NCBI GenBank assembly: GCA_902825795.1
Contig: CADECG010000002.1
Location: 15,541-79,540 of the forward strand
Direction of reading: 5' to 3'
Length of the DNA stretch: 64,000 nt
From: an uncultured Bacteroidota bacterium
GTDB taxonomy: Bacteria; Bacteroidota; Bacteroidia; Flavobacteriales_F; PHOS-HE28
Shown here: positions 56,701-64,000 of the stretch, one piece after another
Layout of the letters: each line of letters starts with the position of its first letter
How positions within the stretch are numbered: position 1 is the first letter of the stretch
Position numbers and translations under genes: made by a program
Notes under the pieces: generated by a model
Database searches by the model: none
The model's input: only the letters and a program-made list of their open reading frames with translations
What the model was told of the DNA's origin: nothing

Positions 56701-58563
56701 GGTGTGGCCTTTGGCTCCACCTTCGATCCAGGCGCGGACCCGCAAGGCGTCTACACCTATACGGTTGTCGGTACCGCGTGCCCGCAGGATCAGAGCATTG
56801 TGGATGTAACGGTGAACCTCGGACCGGATGCGGGACAGGACAATGCGATCGCGATGTGCACCAATGGCGCTGCGATACAACTCACCGGTGCGTTGCTCGG
56901 CACACCCGATCCGAACGGCACATGGACCGATCCCAACAGCCAGCCCTTCTCCGGAACGTTCGATCCTGCGATAGCGCTGCCCGGGGCGTACACGTACACT
57001 GTCCCCGGCAATGCGGGCTGCCCCGATGATGTAGCCGTGCTCACCATGGCCGTAAGCCCCGAAGCGCAAGCTGGCGGCAACGGTGCCATCGCGTTGTGTA
57101 CCACGGATCCAAGTATTGACCTGTTCACGTTGCTCACCGGTACACCCGATGCAGGCGGGGCATGGAGCGATCCGAACGGCACTGCCGTGGCTGCGCTGCT
57201 CGATCCGTCCACGGCGGTCAGCGGTAACTACACGTACACGGTCACCGGCCTACCACCGTGCGTAGATGCGACGGCTTCCGTGGCCGTTACGATCACACCA
57301 GCACCCGACGCAGGTGTTGATGCGAATGCGATCTACTGCGACACCGAACCGGCTGTGCAGCTCTTCTCACTACTTGGCGGAAACGCGCAGATCGGCGGCT
57401 CGTGGACCGATCCGAACGGAAACCCGGCCAACGGTGGTTTCGACCCGGCGAGCGATACACCCGGCGCATACACCTATCGCGTGGTGGGGACAGGCGCTTG
57501 CACCGACGATGAAGCGGTAGTGACCGTAAGTGTGAGCCTAGCGGCCGATGCTGGCAGCAACGGCAGCATCACCGTATGCAGCAACGATGTTCCGTTCGCG
57601 CTCTTCGCGTTGCTCGGTGGAAGTCCGGACGCCGGTGGCGTGTGGACCGCTCCTGATGGATCAGCGAACAACGGCAACGTTGATCCCGCTACCGGCCTCA
57701 ATGGCGACTACACTTATACCGTTCAATCGCCCGTGCCATGCGCCGCGCAGAGCGCAGTGGTGAACGTTACGATCATCCCGAACCTGCCGCCGGTCATCAC
57801 GGTGGACATCGGCGCAGGTTGCGCTCCGGTGATGGCCAGCATCAGCAGCAGCTACAGCGGACCGGGCACATGCCTATGGGACTTGGGCAACGGCACCACC
57901 AGCACCGAGTGCGAGCCCGATTCGATCCTTTACACAGCAGGCACGTACGACCTCACGGTAACCATCGATCCGGGTAATGGCTGCACAGGCACGTTCACCT
58001 ATCCGGCCGCTGTGCAAGTCGTGGATCCACCGATCGCTTCGTTCTATGCCTTGCCCGATACGCAAGTGAGCCTCAACAACGCGGAGATCTTCTTCGCCAA
58101 CACGAGCAGCGGCGCGGACGCATGGCTCTGGCAATTCGATTCGCTGGATGAGAGCACGGACGAGAACCCGACGTTCACCTTCCCGGAGGAGGAACCCGGC
58201 GAATACGAGGTGTGCCTGATCGCCTACGCTTCGGAAGCCTGCACCGACACGGCATGCCGCACCATTGTTGTGCAAGGCAGCGGCTATTGGGTACCGAACA
58301 CCTTCACCCCCGATGGCAACGGCCTCAACGACTTCTTCTTCCCGGTACTGGGCAATCCGCACCCCGAGGAATTCCGCTTCATGATCTTCGATCGTTGGGG
58401 CCAGCCGCTCTTCAGCACCGAGGACCCGGCCGTGTATTGGGACGGCAACTTCAGCAATGGCACCGAAGTGCCGATCGGCGTGTACGTCTGGAAACTCTGG
58501 CTGCGCGAACCCTTCACCACCGACCGCGTGGAACGCACGGGGCATGTGACGGTGGTGAGGTAA
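47725..58563 (+). CDS. giant repetitive cell-surface protein with T9SS type-B C-terminal domain (SprB-like adhesin candidate); reading frame interrupted by one in-frame TGA at 56062-56064
   Basis: Signal peptide 'MARFHIWLHRTLFAIGLLCVGQSARA'. ~390-aa Cys-rich N-domain. ~37 tandem 80-aa repeats. Two PKD-like modules. C-terminus 'GYWVPNTFTPDGNGLNDFFFPVLG...VYWDGNFSNGTEVPIGVYVW' is the 'gliding motility-associated C-terminal domain'. Track ORFs 47656-56064 and 56083-58563 share one frame. Confidence 0.7.
48900..57780 (+). repeat. coding tandem-repeat array, 240-nt period (~37 units), partly organised as near-identical 480-nt super-repeats (about 54420-56340)
   Basis: Unit starts recur every 240 nt (e.g. 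49141, 49381, 49621, 49861). Stretches of >100 nt are almost identical between 54600-54730 and 55080-55210. Confidence 0.8.
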
Positions 58564-58651
58564 GACACCGCTTGTGAAGTGATGTGAACACCGTACGCTG
58601 TGTCCATCGCCTCGGCCCCCTCAATCTATCTTCGACCGCCATTCCACGCCC

Positions 58652-59365
58652 GTGCCCGACCGCCTCGTTATCATTCCCACGTACGATGAGAAGGAGAACA
58701 TCGAGGATGTTCTGATGCGGGTGTTCGCATTGCAACCTGAGTTCCATGTGTTGGTGGTGGATGACGGAAGCCCGGATGGCACCGCGTCCATTGTGAAGGA
58801 CTTGATGGTGCGGTGGCCCGGTCGCCTGCACCTGATGGAACGCAAAGGCAAGTTGGGGTTGGGCACCGCCTACATCGCGGGCTTCAAGTGGGCGCTTGAT
58901 CGGAACTATGCGTTCATCTTCGAGATGGACGCCGACCTGAGCCACAACCCGGATGATCTTGTGCGGTTGTATAATGCTTGCGCGGTTGAAGGCGTTGGCA
59001 TGACCGTTGGCAGTCGTTACGTCCGCGGCGGCAGCGTGCGCGATTGGGCGTGGCACCGCATTGCGATCAGCTGGTTCGCATCGCTGTACGTCCGCACCAT
59101 TCTATGGCTCGGTGTCATGGATACCACGGCCGGGTTCGTGTGCTATCGGAGCATAACGCTGGCGCAGCTCGACCTTGATGCCATCAAGTTCATCGGTTAC
59201 GCCTTCCAGATCGAAATGAAGTACCGCGTGAAGCGGAAAGGTTTGCGCATCGTGGAAGTCCCGATCACCTTCATTGACCGCGTGAAGGGCAAGAGCAAGA
59301 TGAGCATGAACATCTTCAAGGAAGCGTTCATCGGTGTGATACGCATGCGCTTCACCGTGAAGTGA
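58652..59365 (+). CDS. GT2 polyprenol-phosphate glycosyltransferase (dolichyl/undecaprenyl-phosphate mannosyl/glucosyltransferase-like)
   Basis: 'IIPTYDEKENI', 'VVDDGSPDGT', 'MDADLSH' DxD motif. ~237 aa. Confidence 0.85.
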   Translation: MPDRLVIIPTYDEKENIEDVLMRVFALQPEFHVLVVDDGSPDGTASIVKDLMVRWPGRLHLMERKGKLGLGTAYIAGFKWALDRNYAFIFEMDADLSHNPDDLVRLYNACAVEGVGMTVGSRYVRGGSVRDWAWHRIAISWFASLYVRTILWLGVMDTTAGFVCYRSITLAQLDLDAIKFIGYAFQIEMKYRVKRKGLRIVEVPITFIDRVKGKSKMSMNIFKEAFIGVIRMRFTVK

Positions 59366-60702
59366 TGAACAACTGGCTGATCCGCAACGCACAAGTGGTG
59401 AACGAAGGCCGCACGTTCGCTGCCGATGTGTTGTTGCGCGACGGCTTCATTGAACGCGTGGCGGAAGAAGGCATCACCGATGCGCGTGGTGCGATCGAGG
59501 TGGACGCCACCGGCAAGTACCTACTGCCGGGGTGCATCGATGACCAAGTGCATTTCCGTGAGCCGGGCCTGACGCACAAGGACGATATCGCACATGGCAG
59601 TGCTGCCTCGGTGGCCGGTGGCATTACCAGTTACATGGAGATGCCGAACACCCAGCCGCAAACGCTCACGCAGCAATTGCTGGCCGAGAAATACGGCATG
59701 GGCGGCGCGACTTCCGTTGCGAACTACAGCTTCTTCATGGGCGTGGGAAACAGCAACATTGATGAAGTGTTGCGCACCGATCCACGCACTGTGTGTGGCC
59801 TGAAAGCCTTCCTCGGCAGCAGCACCGGCGACATGTTAGTGGACGATGAACGCGCGCTCGACCGTCTCTTCCGCGAAGCGCATATGATCCTAGCCGTGCA
59901 TGCCGAGCACGAGCCCACGGTGAAGGCCAACTTGGCCAAAGCGATCGCCGAGTACGGCGAGAACATACCCGTGGAGGTGCATCCTGTGATCCGCAATGCG
60001 GAAGCATGCTACCGCAGCAGCAGCGCCGCCGTGGCGCGCGCCAAGGAGCACGGCACACGCTTGCACGTGTTGCACATCAGCACCGCGCGCGAGTTGGAAC
60101 TGTTCACCGCAGGACCGCTGAAAGACAAACGCATAACAGCCGAAGCATGCATCCATCATCTGTGGTTCGATGAACACGCCTACCAAGCCAAGGGAACCTT
60201 GGTGAAATGGAACCCGGCGATCAAGACCGGAACGGACCGCGCCGCCATCCGCCAAGCAGTACTCGATGATCGTATCGATGTGATCGCCACTGATCATGCG
60301 CCGCACACACTGGAAGAAAAGAACCTGCCCTATGCCAAGTGCCCGAGCGGAGCCCCGATGGTGCAGCATGCATTGGTCACCATGCTTGAACAGGTGCACG
60401 AGGGCGCGATCACCTTGGAACGCGTGGTGGAGAAAATGTGCCACGCCCCGGCACGCCTGTTCAATGTGAGCAAGCGCGGTTACGTGCACGAAGGCCACCA
60501 CGCCGATCTGGTGCTGGTGGACATGAACGCGCCGTGGGAGGTCAGGAAGGACAACCTGTTGTACAAGTGCGGCTGGAGCCCATTGGAAGGCCAACACTTC
60601 CGCAGCCGCGTGCTGCGCACCTGGGTGAACGGCAACCCAGTGTGGGATGGGGAACGCGTGAACACGAGCGTGCACGGACAGCGCCTGCTCTTCGATCGAT
60701 GA
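59362..60702 (+). CDS. pyrC: dihydroorotase-like cyclic amidohydrolase
   Basis: Amidohydrolase metal-binding 'IDDQVHFREPG' (HxH), 'ATDHAPH', and overall ~445-aa class-I DHOase architecture. Confidence 0.7.
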   Translation: MMNNWLIRNAQVVNEGRTFAADVLLRDGFIERVAEEGITDARGAIEVDATGKYLLPGCIDDQVHFREPGLTHKDDIAHGSAASVAGGITSYMEMPNTQPQTLTQQLLAEKYGMGGATSVANYSFFMGVGNSNIDEVLRTDPRTVCGLKAFLGSSTGDMLVDDERALDRLFREAHMILAVHAEHEPTVKANLAKAIAEYGENIPVEVHPVIRNAEACYRSSSAAVARAKEHGTRLHVLHISTARELELFTAGPLKDKRITAEACIHHLWFDEHAYQAKGTLVKWNPAIKTGTDRAAIRQAVLDDRIDVIATDHAPHTLEEKNLPYAKCPSGAPMVQHALVTMLEQVHEGAITLERVVEKMCHAPARLFNVSKRGYVHEGHHADLVLVDMNAPWEVRKDNLLYKCGWSPLEGQHFRSRVLRTWVNGNPVWDGERVNTSVHGQRLLFDR

Positions 60703-61031
60703 AGCAGTTCTTGGCCATCGCCTTGTTGTGCGTTTCGTGTGGTGCGGAAGTATCCGCTCCGCCAGCGGATCTGATCGAACGCGAACAGTTCGTGCAAGTG
60801 CTGGCCGACGTGCAACTGATCGAAGCCCGCGTGAAGCATGAAGTGATGGTGGAGCAGCGCTCCGACAGTCCGGCACAGGGCTACTACGAAAAGATGTACG
60901 CCGAGCGCAGGATCACCGCCGACCAATACAAGCGCACCTATCAGTGGTACGTGGAGCACCCGGAAGATCTCAAGGATCTGTACGAAGCGGCCGTCGTGGA
61001 ATTGGGGAGACGGAAGGAGAAAGGTGAGTGA
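60699..61031 (+). CDS. small lipoprotein (DUF4296-like)
   Basis: Lipobox 'ALLCVSCG'. Start overlaps the pyrC stop (ATGA). Family name recalled from the conserved position after pyrC in Bacteroidota, not verified. Confidence 0.55.
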   Translation: MKQFLAIALLCVSCGAEVSAPPADLIEREQFVQVLADVQLIEARVKHEVMVEQRSDSPAQGYYEKMYAERRITADQYKRTYQWYVEHPEDLKDLYEAAVVELGRRKEKGE

Positions 61032-61107
61032 GGATCCTGGATCCGTAACACTGGGTTCACGCACGCTGCACCATATTCGTTGCGCCCATTCGGCCGGGGC
61101 GGAAACC

Positions 61108-62208
61108 ATGCATCACGCCCGCATCCTTATCGCTCCGCTCGATTGGGGCTTAGGGCACGCAACGCGTTGCGTGCCCATCATCACGGCACTGCTGGAGCGT
61201 GGAGCGGTGCCGGTGATCGCGGCTGATGGCGGTCCACTGACATTGTTGCGACAGGAATTCCCCGCGCTCGAACATGTGCGCCTGCCGGGCCTCACCATCC
61301 GATATGCGAAAGGCGGGTCGCAGCTATGGCGCATGGCTTTACAGTTCCCGGCCATGGTGCGGCAAGTGCAAGCGGAGCAGCGCGCGTTCGATCGGTTGCG
61401 GCGTTCGTTGCGCGTGGATACAGTGATCAGCGATCAGCGTTTTGGCGTGCGCGCCAACGACCTGCCGAGCGTATTGGTAACGCATCAAGTGTTCCCCTTC
61501 ACCCCTATCGCGCAGAACGCGTTGAGAAAGGTGAACCTTCGGCACATTGCACGTTTCGATCGGTGCTGGGTGATGGACCTTCCCGAAGCGCCCGGCCTTG
61601 CTGGTGATCTGTCGCACGGTGAACTCCCGACCAATGCCCGCTACATCGGAACACTGAGCCGCATGCGCCGTGGCACTGCCGCTGGAGGGTCTTCGACAAG
61701 CGGAACTGCGAATGCCGGATCGTTGACGGTGCTAGCTGTCATCAGCGGACCGGAACCGCAGCGCACACTGCTCGAACGGGAGTTGCTCGCCCAACTTCAA
61801 CGCATCGGAGGCAACCATGTTCTGGTGCGCGGTGTACCGCAACTGGCGCATGAAACGGGTGAAGAACATGTGGGCAACGTGCGGGTGCTACCGCACGCAT
61901 CGGCCCTTGAGCTCTCTCGACTTTTGCAGAGTGCACGACTTGTGGTATCGCGCAGCGGCTATACCACCTTGATGGACCTGGCTGCGTTGGGCCTCAGTGC
62001 GCTCATCATTCCAACGCCCGGACAGGAAGAACAGGAATACTTGGGGCGGCTGCACAGTGCCACCGGGCGTTTCCAAGTGCAACGCCAAGGGGCCATTGAC
62101 ATCCGCAGAGCACTGGATCATCAGTTGCCGTCACGCGATCACGCGATCGGCGGATCACAGCATCTCCTCCATGATGCGCTGGACGAGCTCAATACCCTGT
62201 TGCGATAA
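61108..62208 (+). CDS. glycosyltransferase (GT1/GT28-like, MurG/UDP-glucuronosyltransferase fold)
   Basis: N-terminal 'ILIAPLDWGLGHATRC'. C-terminal 'VSRSGYTTLMDLAALGLSALIIPTPGQEEQ'. Confidence 0.7.
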   Translation: MHHARILIAPLDWGLGHATRCVPIITALLERGAVPVIAADGGPLTLLRQEFPALEHVRLPGLTIRYAKGGSQLWRMALQFPAMVRQVQAEQRAFDRLRRSLRVDTVISDQRFGVRANDLPSVLVTHQVFPFTPIAQNALRKVNLRHIARFDRCWVMDLPEAPGLAGDLSHGELPTNARYIGTLSRMRRGTAAGGSSTSGTANAGSLTVLAVISGPEPQRTLLERELLAQLQRIGGNHVLVRGVPQLAHETGEEHVGNVRVLPHASALELSRLLQSARLVVSRSGYTTLMDLAALGLSALIIPTPGQEEQEYLGRLHSATGRFQVQRQGAIDIRRALDHQLPSRDHAIGGSQHLLHDALDELNTLLR

Positions 62209-62217
62209 CTTGGGCGC

Positions 62218-63450
62218 ATGCTCCGTCCCATCCTCCTTGCGTGCTACTCCTTGTTGGTATCGGCCAGCATCGCCCAAGACCCGGCTACCGACTTGCGCAC
62301 GCTTGAACAGCAATGGGCCGAACTGAACGATAAGCGGTCCGCACTTCAACAAAAGTTGGAGAGCGCGAAGCTTGCCGCGATCAGGGCGGACGTGCTACGC
62401 TTGGGACTACCGGCGTTGTCTCCCGGCGAACAGGTGATCTGGCATCCGGCGCATGCGCTGGTATACAGCGAAACACACGAGATCGCGAAGTGGACAGCCC
62501 ACATCGTGGTCACCGATATCGTGCAAGGGAATCTCGCGCGCATCGACACGTTCCTTATGGACAGCTTGGTACCAACAGGAAGCAGTACGGTGGAGGATTA
62601 CTGGAACAGTGGCTACGACCGTGGGCACTTGGTGGCCAGCGCTGATATGCGCTGGAGCAAACCCGCCATGGCGGGCACCTATTTGTACAGCAATGTCGCG
62701 CCGCAAAAACCGGAGCTGAACCGTGGCACGTGGGCCGATCTTGAAGATTGGATCCGCCGTTACGTGCACTACGGCAACGAACGCGCCTTCGTGCTCACCG
62801 GCCCTGTGCTGCGCGATGGCCTTCCTAAGATGAACAACCCCGGCCACAAGAACGAGGTGAGCATCCCGGAACACTACTGGAAAGTGGTTGCCGATCTGGA
62901 CGGCGATGACAAAAAGGCGATCGCATTCGTAATGACCAATGGCGTGAATGACCATCCGCCGATCAGCTATGCTGTGAGCGTAGACAGCGTTGAACGCTTG
63001 ACAGGTCTGGACTTCTTCCCCGATTTGGACGACGTTAGCGAGTCGCGTATCGAAGCCATGCGCCAACCCTCCGATTGGTACCACCAGGACGATCCGTTCT
63101 TCGGCGAGGTGGAGCCGTTGAAAGCACCGTTGGCCAAAGGCCTATACAACACTGTGCAGGCCAAGTACCATGTTGGGAAGGAAACCACCATCTGTGGTAC
63201 CGTTGTCAGCACCCGGCGCACCCAGAAGGCCAATGCCGTGTATCTGAACTTGGACCGAATGCACCCGAACCAGGATTTCTACGCCACCGTGTGGGACGTG
63301 AACGGACCCAATTTCAGCTATGATCCTGAAACTTGGCTGGTGAACAAAGTGGTGTGTATCACTGGGGTTGTTACCCTCTACGACGACATCCCCCGGATCA
63401 GCGTGAACAACGAGCACGCCATACAGCTTTGGGACGACATGGTCCGGTGA
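62218..63450 (+). CDS. secreted DNA/RNA non-specific endonuclease (Serratia-nuclease family) with extra C-terminal domain
   Basis: Signal peptide. 'GYDRGHLVASADM' catalytic DRGH motif and 'SNVAPQ' motif. ~110-aa C-terminal extension. Confidence 0.8.
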   Translation: MLRPILLACYSLLVSASIAQDPATDLRTLEQQWAELNDKRSALQQKLESAKLAAIRADVLRLGLPALSPGEQVIWHPAHALVYSETHEIAKWTAHIVVTDIVQGNLARIDTFLMDSLVPTGSSTVEDYWNSGYDRGHLVASADMRWSKPAMAGTYLYSNVAPQKPELNRGTWADLEDWIRRYVHYGNERAFVLTGPVLRDGLPKMNNPGHKNEVSIPEHYWKVVADLDGDDKKAIAFVMTNGVNDHPPISYAVSVDSVERLTGLDFFPDLDDVSESRIEAMRQPSDWYHQDDPFFGEVEPLKAPLAKGLYNTVQAKYHVGKETTICGTVVSTRRTQKANAVYLNLDRMHPNQDFYATVWDVNGPNFSYDPETWLVNKVVCITGVVTLYDDIPRISVNNEHAIQLWDDMVR

Positions 63451-63500
63451 ACTCGACTTGCAGGCTCACAACAGCCGTTTACATTCGTTGCGAACCGATA

Positions 63501-64000
63501 TGAAACCACTTCCACTCCCCACTCTGTCGCTCGCTCTTGCGTGCGTGTCCGCCGTTCAGTTGCTGTTCGCTTCCTGCACTGGGGGTAACACAAGCACGGG
63601 AAACGTACCCGATGAGCCGGCCAAGGTGTCGGCCTCTGATGTTGTGGTACCACGCTCCGAAAAAGGCCGCGCTCCGAACATCGACCAAAGCACCCCCGAG
63701 AACGTGCTCGCCACTATCAAGGACATTATCGTCACCGATGCGCTTGATAGTCTCAGGCGATTGTGCAAAGAAGGCGTCAGTACCGGCCCGCCTGCACGGC
63801 TCATGTGCAGTATAGCCACCGAAGACATGGACCAGATCGACAAATTCCGGACTTGGTTCTCCAGCGCCCGACTTGACAGTGCTGCGATCGTTACTGGTGA
63901 CACGGCGCTATTGCCGGTCACACTATCCCCGAGCCACCCCACGCTGGAGCGGCATGCCTTCATGAAAATGGTGAAAAGCGAGGGCAGTTGGTACTTGAAC
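63501..64000 (+). CDS. hypothetical lipoprotein, 3'-partial (open to window end)
   Basis: 'MKPLPLPTLSLALACVSAVQLLFASCTGG' lipoprotein signal. The frame stays open to the window end. Confidence 0.45.

Noticed and set aside
48900-57780. Regular 240-bp periodic repeats considered as a possible CRISPR or other non-coding array
   Set aside because: The repeats are in-frame protein-coding units of one continuous ORF, with conserved amino-acid motifs and no repeat-spacer structure.
60438-60698. 5' extension of the DUF4296-like lipoprotein ORF into pyrC
   Set aside because: It is out-of-frame overlap with pyrC. The lipoprotein signal starts at the ATG that overlaps the pyrC stop.

Overview
This is a GC-rich (about 60%+) chromosomal segment. 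Gene content indicates Bacteroidota: it carries gliding-motility genes gldB and gldC and several type IX secretion (T9SS) cargo proteins. T9SS type A C-terminal sorting tails are seen at 18579-19535, 19730-21274 and 42265-43611, and a type B tail at the end of a giant protein. The window is densely coding, with no rRNA, tRNA, CRISPR array or transposase/integrase recognised.

Housekeeping genes:
- korB (partial at the 5' edge), nadE, engB, murI, uppS, nadK, pdxJ and pyrC.
- The conserved envelope cluster: DUF6089-like, uppS, bamA, ompH, ompH, murI.
- A second Omp85 protein.
- A NifU-like Fe-S protein.

Accessory and surface content:
- Three ECF sigma / anti-sigma modules. Two are paralogous. 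One anti-sigma is fused to a TonB C-terminal domain, and one has a periplasmic domain of about 650 aa of unknown type. The third module is translationally coupled to a barrel-less TonB-dependent-receptor N-terminus (carboxypeptidase-regulatory-like plus plug only).
- Two TonB-dependent receptors. One sits beside a periplasmic HMA metal-binding protein and a small Cys-rich membrane protein. The other sits with a DUF5689-like lipoprotein, a T9SS cargo protein and an endonuclease/exonuclease/phosphatase (EEP) family nuclease.
- A giant T9SS type-B cargo gene of about 10.8 kb (47725-58563; about 3600 aa) that resembles the gliding adhesin SprB. It has a Cys-rich N-terminal domain, about 37 tandem 80-aa (240-nt) repeats organised partly into near-identical 480-nt super-repeats, two PKD-like modules, and the 'gliding motility-associated C-terminal domain'.

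The reading frame of the giant gene is interrupted by a single in-frame TGA at 56062-56064. That TGA falls exactly on the codon that encodes a conserved Cys in every other repeat.

Other points of interest:
- A Y_Y_Y beta-propeller sensor-like protein with no kinase output.
- A Gly-rich T9SS protein.
- Two strong bidirectional terminator hairpins.
- Several small regulatory-looking repeats.
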